A stretch of 64,000 nt of DNA from Trypanosoma brucei (taxonomy: Eukaryota), in NCBI GenBank assembly GCA_000002445.1, contig CH464492.1:222309-286308 (forward strand), in the 5' to 3' direction. The notes below the pieces were generated by a model, which was given only the letters and a program-made list of their open reading frames with translations, did not search any database and was not told the origin of the DNA. Made by a program: the position numbers and the translations under genes. Every line of letters begins with the position of its first letter. Positions within the stretch are counted from its first letter, which is position 1. Positions 24,522 to 37,399 of this stretch are shown piece by piece.

Positions 24522-26027
24522 TTATAGAAGCAAAACTACAAGCAAAAGAGGCGCCTTTTTAATCACAAAAGAATTTCTGCGTGTGGTGTTTGTAGTTTTA
24601 CCATCTTTTTTAGCTTTTACTCCCTCTTTAGCCTTACACTCCCCATCTTTAATTTCACACCCATCATTTTTGTTGCATTTTTCTTTTTCAGATTCTGCAC
24701 TGCATTCTTTTGCTTTCGAATTCTCCTCGTCAGGTACGGTTGGTTTAGCTTCATTCTCTTTAGTCAATATTTCTTTCTCCCTTTGGCCAATCAAGTAACT
24801 CAAAGCTGCTTCTGCTGCTGGTGTGCCCGCCAGTTCTCCTATGGTGCCTTTTTCTGTGGTTGCTCCTGTGCCGTAAATTATTTTCTGCTTGTCTGCTGCG
24901 TTCCTGAATCGTTCGGTGAATTTAGTGTCGGTGTCACCAAAGACATTTTTGATTGAGTTGGCTAAGGAGGTTTTTGTTTCACTTTTGCTGAGGTCAGCCC
25001 TTTGCCATTCTGTGACAAGTAAGTTGTTGGCCAAGCTAAGAAAGCTTTCGTCGGCAGCTAGATCGTTTCCGTTCTTAATCTCTTTGCCTTGCCTGAGTTC
25101 CCTGAGCTTTTGGTTGAGAACACAGAGGTTTTGGGCTATTGTTTCCCTTGTTGGTATCAGCGTATTGTCGAATGTGCCTGAGTTCCTGCACTTTTCCGGT
25201 GTGTCCGCCACCGCGCCTATGGCCGTCTCGGCACCGCCTTCGTAAGTTTCGGAGCCGGTGCTTAGACTCCTTATTTTAAAGGCTTTGTCGTTTGCGCTGC
25301 TGTGCAGCTTGACAATGCTGTTCTGGTTCTGCGTACCGTCGAATGCCTGGCTGCCGGGCGTGCATGTTCTGCTGTTATCAGTGCAGCCTGTAAGCGTTAG
25401 TGTTAGTTTACCTACAGCGTCTTGTAAGCCGTCGGGCTCGCTTAATTTTAGTTTTTTAACTTTGTTTAAGTCGAACGCCTTTCCATCCGCAAATGTTGCT
25501 GACCCTTCATTGTTGGCGCACTGCCAAGCCTTGTTTGCGGTTTTTGTTAGTGGGACGCTGGCCTCATTTGTGCTGATGGTGGTTGCTGTCGAGGTGTCCT
25601 TTGTGATCTTCGCTGAGGCTATCCTTTTCGCCCCCTTATCAGATTGCCTGCCCACCTGTTCAGCTTGCATGACGAAAAGTGCAGCCGCATGTCTGATGGC
25701 CTGTTCTTGACTGTTTACCTTGTAAAGTTGCTGCTGTGCATACAGCACGAGTGCCGTAAAGTGTGGGCTCTTGTATCGCAGTTGGGGAGATGCTGCTGCT
25801 AAGTGGAAACGGTCTGCATCCTTTCTCAGGTTAACTGATAGGTCTTTCCTTTCCTTCACTGTTTGCACAAGTTTCGTCGCCAGCGTAATGAGAAAGGTCG
25901 CTTCGCTGCAAATGCCATTGACAGCCGCACCCGCTTCACCGAAGGTTTAGTCCGCTACTGTCAGTGCTGGCCAAGTTGCTAAGATCAACTGTAGGATTAG
26001 GCCGCTGGGCCGTGTTGTTGAGGCCAT
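24522..26027 (-). pseudogene. VSG: VSG pseudogene (E), 502 codons, single in-frame TAA straight after the signal peptide
   Basis: ATG at 26027: MASTTRPSGLILQLILATWPALTVAD, then TAA at 25947-25949. The same frame continues through ORF 24522..25868 to ...GKTTNTTRRNSFVIKKAPLLLVVLLL. Confidence 0.8.
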
Positions 26028-26939
26028 TGGTGAACGATGTTGCGGACCCACTGGAAACTTTTGCTAGCTTAGGTACAAAGAAATAGGGTGTATAGCCGCG
26101 TGTTTCACGTTTGTTTTTCAGTGCATCTTTGGCTGCTCACCTTGAAGTATAATTAGAAGTATAACCCCGTTGGCTGTGTTATTAAAGTAATTATCCCCAT
26201 GCGTTTCTGTGCTAGCTGTGTCCACTATTCTTTTGTGCTTCAATTAGTGTCCGGTTTTTTTCTGCGCTTTAGCCTCATTTATGCAGCTGTTGCTTTGACA
26301 AAGGCGGTGCTTTATGCCCCTTCGCTGATTCGCGTGGTGGCAGCTGGTCATTTCTTTTTTGGAGTGGCCTAAATTTTTATTGAATAGCCTTTATTTTATA
26401 TTTTTGTCCACTATCGTGTTTCCACTGCGTCCAGACGTGGAGGTATATAGTGAGTCTGAGAAAATTATGTCTCCGTCGTATGCTTTTAATGAATTGCCTT
26501 CCACCATCTCTGATGGAATATTAACTGACATTTTTTGTTGTACTGGCTACCAACAGCAGAGCATTCATCCTGTATCTATCCAAGAATCCCCATCATCACG
26601 TTTGTATGGACCATTTTTCCAAAAAAAACGCAGCTTTTTTACCAGTTTTTGCGTAGTATTAGCTATTCTACGCGACATTTGTGTTGTAAACCTCCGGTTT
26701 CTTTGGTTAGATTTTATTCTATACCCAGCCATACCCTCATTTATAAATTATCTTCAAACATCGTTTTTTGTAATAATGAACTTTTTCACGTATGCTTCGT
26801 GCTGTAGGCGCGATGCACCATCAACATTTATAATTATTTTAATGCAGTTGGTGCTTTCAAATGTGAAATAATTGCTTCATTCAGCTGTAACTCTTTTGTT
26901 CTTTCGGTAATATCATCTTTATCCATATAAAATTGATAT

Positions 26940-27010
26940 TCATCCAACAACAACTCTTTCCTATCATTACTATCATTATTAAAATTATCATTATCATTAT
27001 CATCGTTATT
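26940..27010 (-). repeat. Degenerate 70-bp-like repeat (TTA/TCA-rich)
   Basis: caacaactctttcctatcattactatcattattaaaattatcattatcattatcatcgttatt. Confidence 0.4.
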
Positions 27011-28099
27011 ATTTCGTTACTCCCCTTATTATAATATTATTGTACGCACTCGCAAAAAAGATCTCTATTGCTATTATTGCTTTCACTATTACTGTTTCTA
27101 TTGTAATTAGAGCTCTCAATCACTATTATGAACCATCAATAAAACAATATTGACAAAAAGCAAAATTTTACAATCACACTAAATTTTTATTCCATCCTAA
27201 ACCATTATTTTGCGAAGCTTTGCCACATTTGTTTGTTCTTGGTTTCTTTATGGTAAAAGACCATTCGGTTGCCACGAAAATGAAGGTCTAGGCTAGTACT
27301 GAACATTAGGATTTGCCATCACATTAAAAACTGCAGTTTACAACATCATCTCTAAAGCAGTATCCATCCATTTCTTTTTTAAAAAATGGGCATCATCAAA
27401 CTCTCCTGATGTGTTGTTTCCTTGTGTAACGTTCTGTTGTGTACCCATTTGTTTCATTCTATATTTTTTGTTTTTCTCCTTATTTCCCCCTTGTTTTCCC
27501 TCTGTAGATGACGTAGAAACTTTATTTGGCTTGCGCACTGTATTCCGTCCCTTCGTTTCTTCACTGCGTGTAATAATGCTACTAGACGTGCTTGCATTTA
27601 AAACTACACATATTCTATATCCTTTTCACGCGTTTTCGCTCGCTTTTCTTTAATAATATTCCTCGTGCTCTCCTACTACTTCTCGTACTCTCTCACCTAC
27701 TCTTATTGTACCCTTATAATAGTGTTAAGTGCTTCTATATTATGAAGTTGTATTTCGTCTTTTCCACTACTCTTCTTACAATAATATTATTTATATGCAT
27801 ACACACAACGGTTTTCTCTCATTATCTATGCTCTCGTAGCTATTGTTACAACCCTAACTAATGTCTAAAAAATAAAAAGAAAAATAAACAAAATAATAAA
27901 ATAATAAAATAATAAAATAAACCAATTTTAATAGAATTTATTTTCCATACACTATCACTCTACTACTTGGCGCCCATAGTTTACTTTCGTACGATAATTT
28001 CATGTTCTCATAATTTCAAATTTGCATATATATATATATATCAATTTTTTTCAAAATAGCAATGCTCTACAAATTTCATAAAATTGAGCAAAATGTTTT

Positions 28100-29724
28100 A
28101 GAATTTTAGAGTTCTAATATGCCACAAAACTCACAAATAAAAAAGCCATCAGAGCCAATTTCTTTTTTGCAAGGAAACTACCGTTTTATCATCTCTCTTT
28201 CTTTTTGCCATTTTTATTATCTTTAACCTTTCCAAATACACAATTTTACTTGCCATCTGTTTTGTCAGCCTCACATTTTTCCTTATAAGTGCGGTGTCTT
28301 GTACACCCAGTTGAAGCTGCTGTTCCTTTTTTAGCTTCTTGTTCTACATCTTTTTTGGCATCCTCACTCAAATTGCATTTTTACCGTCGTTGTCATAAGT
28401 GCATCCAGTTTTTGTTTTGCCTTCATTTTCGTCCTTTGCTGAATTGCATTCCTCTTCGGCTTCTTTCTACTTGGCAACAGGATGAGGTTTTGGATTGCTG
28501 GTGCTGATGTTTACTTGTGGGGCTGATGCCGCTTGCAGTTGACCTACTAACTTAACTTGCAGGCAGCCTCCTTTTCAGCTTTTAAAAGCTTTCTGAGAAA
28601 GTTGATCTCCTTTGTCTTTGCTTCTCGTGCTTTTAGCTTCTTTGCGAGGTTTGTCAGCTTGGTGTACCATTCTGATGCCTTTAGGCAGGCATGAGCGGCC
28701 GCAGCTGTTTCCGTACACTTTACGCATACGTCGGAATCCGCGTGGCCGCTGCATCCTGTTGCTGAAAATGTGCCGAAGTATGTTGCGGCGCTTTGAGTGT
28801 CAGCGTGGCTGATTAACGCTTGTAGTGGTATGCTTACTGCCGGTGCCGTTAGGTTTGTCCTGGCCGGTGAGGGGCAGCCGGTTTTGAGGTTGCTGATAAT
28901 TGCCGCCGCGTTGCTGAATGTAGAGCCAATTGCTGTCGCAGATGAAGTTGCACCGCCGGTGCAAATGCCTGCTAGCCCGTTGCTGTCGCTCCCTTTGGCG
29001 CAAACGCAGATCGTGACTGCCTCTAATGTGGCTAGGGGTTTACCTGCATCTGTGTTTTTGAAAAATGCGGTATGGTTTGTCACTGTCGGCACAGCCAGTA
29101 TATTAGTTGCCGTTGGACTCGACGGTTTCGTTTTCTTCTGTTCATAGACGGCGTCGACTAGTAGCTTCTGCAGCTTTGGAAACGAATCCTCGCCGGCTCC
29201 TTTTTTTAGGTTGACAAATTCTGTGTTCAGTTCCTTGTCCCTTTTTAATATTGGTTGCAGGCGAAGAATGACAGCGTTGGGTTGTTCTTGTGCCTTCCAA
29301 GTTTTCTCTCTTTAGAACCATTTTTTCTGCGTCTCCAGTTTTCAGTGATTCCTCTGCTTTTAGCCAGTCGGGTCAGGATTCAATGCGAGTTTGGTCTGAC
29401 TCAAACTGTTTGGGTTTTTTTTGGTCGCTTTGGGTCAGTCACTGTCTTTGCAAACTGCACATGCCGTTCTTTAGTACTGAGTGATGTGTTTAGTTCTTGT
29501 AGTTTAGCGTGGCTACACTGACCTTAGTCGCTCGCCGCTGCCGGCTGGGTTGAGCCATCCGCCAGCTGAAGTAGTTCGCACAATGGCGTGAAGAGTTTTG
29601 AGTGGTCGCTTGCTGCTACTTCTGCCTCTCCTGGTGTCATTGCTGCTTGTGTCAAAACTAAAATAGCTAGTGTATTCATTTTGTGTTTCATTGCTTGCAA
29701 CTGTGGAAACGACGGTAGCTGCAT
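28100..29724 (-). pseudogene. VSG: VSG pseudogene (F), heavily degenerate (several stops and frameshifts)
   Basis: Signal peptide MNTLAILVLTQAAMTPGEAEVAAS from ~29680. Type-A N-domain pieces KELNTEFVNLKKGAGEDSFPKLQKLLVDAVYEQKKTKPSSPTATNILAVPTVTNHTAFF and ORF 28547..29092. C-terminal GPI-signal remnant at ~28130-28180. Confidence 0.7.
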
Positions 29725-29889
29725 TATTCACAGTTTAGTGGGTTTTGTTTCCTAAAAATTGCTGTGAGTTCAATTCGAGTTCTTGTGTCGAATACAGCAG
29801 CAAAACTCTTCTGTCATTCGACGAATTTGCAGACTGGTCCCATTGAATTTCCAATTATGCTTGCTCACAACTTCTTACCCTTAAACAAA

Positions 29890-30961
29890 TCCCCTTCTTT
29901 CACCGATACATAACAAAACTCTCCATATCTAAAATCCATTTTTTCTCCATCTCTCATAGGAGTTTGGATTTCCCCAAACTCTTTTGTACTAAATTGCCTA
30001 CTTTCCAACACATTATACCAAGTAAGATTTTTCATAATCAACTTTGCGTTCTCCTCCCACGCAATAGACTACAGGGGAAAATGAATGAATGGCGCCTCTT
30101 CGACTTCTCCACTATTGGGAATAGTGAAAACCCTCTCTGCATAATCTAATCTAGTCATTACTCGCCTCAACACAAATCTTTGCCCAACAGCTTCTTCCTG
30201 GATTGTACTTCATATTAGTAAAAGTTTGTAAATACTCTGATCTGACGACCATTCGTCGTTCCCTTTTAATAATTCTCCAAATGCGAATTCAAATATTTTA
30301 AACTCCAAAACGCTTGTTATTATACCGCCGTCACTAAGGTATGATTTGCCACTGTGAAGCGATTTTGGTAAATGAGATAAATTTTTATCCTCTTCTTTTC
30401 TGTACCCAAAATTGAAAAACCAATAACATCTCGGTACATGCTCTTTGTGATCCGAATTCATAACCAAATCCAACTGAGGAGCATAACATTCCGATGTTGT
30501 CATGAATATAATAGGGGAAATATGCTTCTCTTTTGCTATATTCTCCACTAAACTTCTCTTCATTTTCCGCACTATTTTCTATAAAATATTCCACAGCATT
30601 TTCATATTTTTTTTACGTCAGAAACAATAACGTCAAACCCATCAACTTATATTACAATATCCTCATCACTTGCATTCTATTTTCCTAAAAACTCCATAAC
30701 CCATTTAGAATTTTTAACATGGATATACAAACTTCCAATTGCAATTGTAATAATTTCAACATTGCTTAGTTTGGAACTCAATATGAGCCTACACCATCCT
30801 TGGGTTGCATGATTTTGAACTACAACCACAAACACTCTGTGATTTTATATCTGAACATTCTGTTAATTTACTGTAGCTTCCTCATGAAAAGATATTGAGC
30901 TTAAACACACTAAATGTAATAACAATATTAGTAGAAAGACTCCAAAGACACAAAATTGCAT
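29890..30961 (-). pseudogene. ESAG3: ESAG3-like pseudogene, copy c
   Basis: ATG at 30961: MQFCVFGVFLLILLLHLVCLSSISF (signal anchor), then a stop. RVFVVVVQNHATQGW... block; HKEHVPRCYWFFNFGYRKEEDKN...; 3' end colinear with copies a and b. Confidence 0.5.
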
Positions 30962-31549
30962 GACGTAATGTACTCAAAAATCTTAAGGGTTTATAAAAAA
31001 AAATAGAAACCTCCAAAAGTGAATTTTTTTCTTCACTAAGGTGTGTACACATATTATTAATACATAGATATTTTTTTAATAAAACTTTTAAATTATGTTT
31101 TTACGGTATTAAACTTTAATTTAAGGATAAATATACGTATTTTGTTTTAGAATGTATATCCAAACACAACAACTAGTGCTACATACGAATTGAATGCCGC
31201 TGTTTTTTTCATTTATAATACGTCTTTTTTCGTTGTATATGGGATTGCAGTATTTAGTGTAGCACAAAACTCTGGTAAAGTAGTGGTATTACAACCTTTA
31301 TGTGGTAAAAAGTCCTATTATGAGCTCATGTAACACACATCAATTAAAATCTACAAAGCATTGCTTCTTTTGTTTCGACTGTCATCTCCACAGTAGTCTT
31401 TACCAATTTTTGAGTGCAATGTATATCTTTATCAGTTCCTGATCCTCTGCAATTTCATCATTTACATACTCATGCTCTATCACTCATTGAGTCCCTTTGC
31501 GCTCTCCACATTGTTTTAAGTGCTTCTATTTTGCAGCCATGTCACATTC

Positions 31550-31640
31550 ACCACACTTTTCTTATATTATGAGTGTGCACTCACTTAAAACACTCTCCTT
31601 TTATTATAATTACTGTTATAACAGTTACTAAATTTCATAA
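31550..31640 (-). repeat. Degenerate 70-bp repeat
   Basis: cttatattatgagtgtgcactcacttaaaacactctccttttattataattactgttataac. Confidence 0.45.
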
Positions 31641-31851
31641 AATAAGCAAAATTAGAATATCACTTATTTTAATTACCTACGAATATATTTCTTTACACCA
31701 ATGGATCACAATCATGTACATTTTACAAAATTTTTATATTCTTAAAATTTTCACTAATTTGCACATTTTTATCAAAAATGTTAAAAGATTAGCAAATTCT
31801 CTCTAAATATAATAGAAAATTTTATAAAATTAAGTAAAAAAGTTAGAGGTC

Positions 31852-33306
31852 TCAAAATAATCTAAAAATAAGTGCAACAAATACTTTATAAAAATAAACT
31901 CTCAAATTGCTAGAAAACGATTTTTCATCTTTCTTGTTAGTTTCAACTTTAGGAAAGCATCTTTCACCCTCAGGCTTTTTATCATCAAATTCACAACCTT
32001 TTTCATACTTGCAGGGCTTCTCTGAGGTGTGCTTTTTGCATTCGTCTGGTGTTTTTGATGCTTTATCCTCTTTGATTGGCTTAGCTTCGTTATCAGTTTC
32101 TTTGCTCGCGACGGGTTTTTTGTTTTCATCTATGATTTTTTGCAAAATAAGTTTTGCTGCTGCTGTTATGGTTGTGACGCTTTCCAATTTTCCGTTGGTT
32201 TTCTCCCCTAGAACTGTTGCGGGTAGTGGTACCTTTTTGACTTCTTCCCAAAATTTGTCTTTGAATTCCTTTCCTTTGCCGTATTCGTTCCTGATCGTAT
32301 CTTGTATAGCGTTCTTCCAAGTTCCTAAAGAGGCTTCCCTGGTAAGCCCGTGGTAGACTGCTCCAACTGCTGCAGTGAAATCTGGGTCGGCTGCATATGA
32401 GTCTGCGTTGTTTATGTCGAAGTCTTGTGGCTTTTCTTCCCATTTCTTGATGGCTGTAAATGCCGCTAAGAGCGCTAGCTTATTGTAATGCTCCTGGTTG
32501 TCGTCTTTTATGGCTCCTAGAGCGCTTACTCCGAAGTCATTGTCGGCTGTGGCTTCGATGCTGGTGCCCGTTTCCGCCGTGATCTTGCCGCCTATCACAC
32601 AGATATTGCTGGATGCCGTTGTGCCGCCTCTGAGCACTCCATGCGTGCATGTGCTGCCGCTGTTTTTTCCCAGCGACGGCTTAGAGTCTGTCCCTGCCGC
32701 GTTTAGGTTTATTGAAGTTGTGAACAGCTTTATTGTCTTAAACCCCGCGGTTGTGGCCCAACTGCTAAATTTGGCTGCTTTTTTGTGGACTTTTGCGTGG
32801 CATTCTTTTGTATTGTCTGGTGTCGTCGCCTCAAATTGTATGTTTGCCGCGCCGTTATTGGCTGAGTCTACGTTGTCTTGGCCGGTGGTTGAATCCTTTA
32901 CTTTTAAGTCTTTGAAAAGGCCTAGTGCTGCTTGGTGCCCACCTAAGTTTGCAAGCATCTTTGTGGCTGTGCTGGTGAGTTCCGAGGCTTCTTTCAAGAA
33001 TATGTTGAGGGCCTCTGTCTGTTTTGAGAGAGCTAGTAGGACGGGTCCCGCGGCCTTTCTGAGCTTGGGCGCGTTTTTTTGGAAGGCTGCAGCCAGTGGT
33101 AATGCCCCTGCCTGCTCAAGATTTGTGATGTACTGTTGTTCTGCTTTTGGTTTGGACTGCAGTACGTTTGTAATCACTGTTAACACCTTCGCTGCTGCGC
33201 ATGCTTGTCTCATAATATCGATTAGGCTACCGCCTTCTTCTACCGAGCCGTGCTGCTTTGTGGTTGTGACCAGGATAACGAGAACCCAGACCAGTGCTAG
33301 CTACAT
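31852..33306 (-). pseudogene. VSG: VSG pseudogene (G), 485 codons; codon 2 is TAG, otherwise one continuous frame
   Basis: ATG at 33304-33306 followed directly by TAG (33301-33303), then LALVWVLVILVTT... (signal peptide) in frame with ORF 31852..33213. C-terminal domain CKKHTSEKPCKYEKGCEFDDKKPEGERCFPK...SFSSNLRVYFYKVFVALIFRLF. Confidence 0.75.
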
Positions 33307-34539
33307 TTCTCTGGCTTTTTTTCTTTTTAAAAGGTGATAAGTGTGTAGGGGGAATACCTGTTTGTTTGTTGTTGTGTTATTGCCGCAGCGAAATGTTTCA
33401 TCACGCGCCTCCGTGTGAGTATCCTTCTTTTTTTCTTCCAGGCTGATTATCGGTTTCTGACAGCTTCTTACCGGTTTTTTCTCCACCTTCTTGGCTATTA
33501 ACGTTCGGGTTTGCTGGTATTTTGATGTCAGTGTGGGCGACTAGCCGTTTCTACAGCGGTTGCTACATCATATTTTGGCCTGTTAGTGCCGCGGACGCTG
33601 GTCCTAACGAAGTATGAACCTTATATGTTATACCACTTGCCTGAGTTGACCAACTTGATGTTTTGTCAATCACTACCATAACACGTCTCTCTGCCGGAGT
33701 GGTCCCTCTGTTTCATGTTTTCTCTTAATTTTTGAAAATTTACCATTTATTAATTCAAAAATTGGTCCCTCGATTTACATAATCCACTAAAATCACTTTC
33801 TCCCTCGCATCATATATATATATTAACTTTGTAATTTATGGTTTGCATTTTCGTCTGCGAACTTTCAGTGTGCCGTTAGTGCATTACTTTGAATAACAAC
33901 GTAGCTTTGTTTATTTAAAAGACGATTTCTTTACACATTATATTTTAGATCATGCTCTCTTATGGGTGGCACCGCCTACGAGTTGCCAATTTATATCCAG
34001 ACAACGCTTTTGTAACCGTCTTTTTTATTCATCCACATTATTAGCTGCTTGCTGGTGACTACTTTTATATGTATCACTTGCTCCGAAAAATGATATAATG
34101 TCAGGCAAGTATATCAATTCGGATCTGTAGGGGAAAAGTATCATATAACGCTTTCTATACTTCATAAAGGTCATCTGTGTACTCACATCCCCCGTTTATT
34201 AACCTTGAGTTTGTTCCTGCTTTCGTGAACATTAGTAAGCGGAACTTAATGTAGATACTGCGGTAGACACCGTAATAATATCACTTAGCTCGTACACTTG
34301 ACTCTGTGCTTTACTCATTACCACTCCATCATATCCTTGTGTATAATACTTCCTGAGTTACATCGTCGTCTGACAATCCGAGTATTCCTTCTCTATTTCT
34401 GCCTGTACTTCAACAATATTCGTCTTAGGCTCCAATCGACTTTCACTCGCTCGCTCACTCATTCCCATTGAACCATCGCTATTGTTTTAATTGCTTTTAC
34501 AATGACCGCCCAAATGACCATCACCACTTTTATTATAAC

Positions 34540-34640
34540 ACTAACCAATACACAATCACAATACTCACCTATAATATTATTATTATAATAACACTTGCCG
34601 GCATTTTATTTATTTTTACCATTACTATTATATAATTAAA
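34540..34640 (-). repeat. Degenerate 70-bp repeat(s)
   Basis: cacaatactcacctataatattattattataataacacttgcc.... Confidence 0.45.
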
Positions 34641-34879
34641 ACAAATGAAATACACAAAAAATTAATATTTTTTCTTAGAACCCTACTATTTTACACTCAT
34701 AGGTCACTCTCACATCAAATGTGAAAATATTTTTCATACTTTTACATTTCGCAAATGTTTCACTAAAGTCTTAAAATACAAAAAATTTAAGAATGTTTTA
34801 TAAAATTGAGCAAAAACACTTAAAATCCTTAAAATACTAAAATTTAACAAACTCACAAAAGCAGCAGCCATACTCAGAG

Positions 34880-36379
34880 CAAATTTCTTATTAACAAAAA
34901 AAACTAGAATCTTTGCAAGTTTTACTTTCCCACTTACAATTCGGAGATTTGCATTGCTCTTTGGATTTCCCTGTGCAAGTTGAGGCTGAGCCTGTTTCCC
35001 ATCATCTCCTCCATCTTTCTTTTCTGTTTTTGTGTCAGGGTCTGGAAAGCATTTTTCACCATCATTTTTGTTACCATCAAATTTTCATTCCGCGTTCTGG
35101 CAGGCGTCCTTCTCTGTGTGTTCTTTGCAATCTTCTTTGGTAGGCGTTTTTTTGCTTGCTTCCTGATCGTATGTGCAAGATTGATTGCTTCCTGTTCCTG
35201 TCGCTGCTGCCATCAGTTCCCTCTTTATTGATTGTGCGCTGTAATAGTTTAATATTCTCCGAAGCTTATCTATGTCGTCTTCGTTTTCGAGTTCGATCTG
35301 GCCCCTTGCGTCTTCCCCTGCCGCTTTTTTTGGAACCTTATTTTTTTTGCCTTCTCGACCCAGTATTTTTGGGATTCATTGCCCTTGTTTTAGGTTTGCT
35401 CTATTTTTTCTTTGACTCTTTGTTTCTCCGGTTCCGTGACTTTGCCGGTTTTGTTCATTAGTAGCTCGGCGAAGAGTTGTGTGGCTGTTTCATCCTCTTC
35501 TATGTCCGCTACTGAAAATTCCGCGACATCGCAGGCTGCTTTGGATATGGGTGTGTAGTCCTTGTGTTTGTCGTATGCCGTTTGAAAATGAGGCGCTTCG
35601 GTTGTCTTGCCGGCAGCCTGTAAGTTGCTTAGGTCTGTTACACCGTATGTCTGGCTGTTTTTGCCTAGGTGGGCGTACCCTGCTAGTAGTGTTGCGCCAT
35701 TTGTCACTTGGGCGCTGTTCAGGCCGCTGTTGCCGCTTTATGTGCCTAGTATATCGCATTTTGCGTTTGCTGCCGCCCTGTGGTTGGTTGTGCTCACAGT
35801 TGTTGGCAGGTTGACGAATCCTTTAGCTGTAAGGTGCACTGAAGATTGTTTGGGAACGCCATCTATTCCTCTGTTTTCTTTGGGACATCCTGGTAGTTTT
35901 GCTTTGCCTTCAATTACTTTTGAGGTGCTAGCTGACAGATATCCGGCAGAATTGCCCGAGCCGTCGTCTTGATGAAGGTCTGCTAAAAATTCTAGGCTTT
36001 CCATTATTCTTCCCAACAGGTATGCACTGGCATCAATAGCCTCGAGTCCAATCTTGATCGTCGTCATTAGAGAAGATAAGCTGTTTTTGCACTTGTTTGT
36101 GTACGCAACCATTATTGGAAGCATTAGCTTAGCCTCTTCTGCGCTGCGTTGAGCGGTATAGATTCTGAACTTGAGTTCCGTCCGCTGCATTTTTTGTTCA
36201 GCACTTGTGTGGCCGAGCAAGTCTGAGATGTATAACGCAGGGTACGCTGCCAGCTCCGTTTCTAGGCTGCACAGCTGCTCCACCTGTTCCTTTTGCAAAG
36301 CAGCAACGTCGGCCGCGTAGCCGCCGCGCGTTGCCACTATGCTTGTCAACGCCACTGAAAGCAGAATTTTATGATCCAT
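34880..36379 (-). pseudogene. VSG: VSG pseudogene (H), multiple frameshifts
   Basis: ATG at 36379: MDHKILLSVALTSIVATRGGYAADVAAL (signal peptide). N-domain ORFs 35738..36382 and 35390..35707 are in different frames. C-terminus CKWESKTCKDSSF... with GPI signal ...LVNKKFALSMAAAFVSLL only after a shift at a T8 run (~34890). Confidence 0.75.
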
Positions 36380-37139
36380 CAAAATCCGCTGATGAACCTG
36401 GTAATTGACTTTGATTTAGGTCCACTTACCAAAGTGACAGTTAAAATTTGGTTAGGGTTACAGTTGTCCAAGTAAGTCATTTTGATGTTGTATTGCCGGA
36501 AATTCACCAACACCTCGGATACGGTATTCTTTACAGCTCAAATTCAAATTTACATCCGTTTGAAGTTCTCTAACTAAACACTCACAGTCAGGTAACAAAT
36601 GGACTCTAGAGCTCCTTATTTTCCGCTTTTATGGAAAACACCTATGTTCAGGCGATCATTTTCAGCTACCTGAGTTTAATGTTTGACATGTGACTGCACA
36701 ATAAAGTTGAACACAACTGCCTCCACCATTTCCGAAATTGCATCTATCCATTTTTGTGTGAAATGTGGAGCACAATCTCCCCCTGTACTATTTTTCTTTC
36801 TGCGTTGTGCTTTTGCTAATTGCATTGTCTCATTCCATATTATGTTTCTTCCTTTTTTCTTATGCTTCTATTACTACTGATTAAGTAGCGCCTGCATTAT
36901 AGTTCTACACTGGACTCAGTCCCTCCTTCGTTGTACCATTCATCACATTTGTCGATATCATGATGCAATAGTCGCGTATATGTTTTAACATGATCACATT
37001 CTATCATCTTCACTTTCCGTTTCTGTCGCTTTAAAATAATAATATTTATTGTATTCTATTTAGCTCTATTGTGTACTCCCATTTCATCTTACCATTGTTT
37101 TAAGTGCTTTTCTCTTAGGTTTCTAGTTATTATACACCA

Positions 37140-37260
37140 TCACTGCTCTTATCATAATATTAGTATATAGGCACACACACACACACACACACACACACGA
37201 CGCTCTCCTATAATAATAATAATTATTATTATTATTTTTACTATTACTACTGAGAAAAAT
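37140..37260 (-). repeat. 70-bp repeat containing a (CA)14 dinucleotide tract (37171-37198)
   Basis: cttatcataatattagtatataggcacacacacacacacacacacacacgacgctctcctataataataat. Confidence 0.65.
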
Positions 37261-37399
37261 TACAACACTTTCATAGTATCACTCATTTCTTTTACCACAC
37301 TACCATGATTCTTTACACCTCTCTGCCACTATCACACATAGTTTTCATATCTTTCATATTTCTTACATTTTGTGATAAAAAATTGTTAAAATTACTATA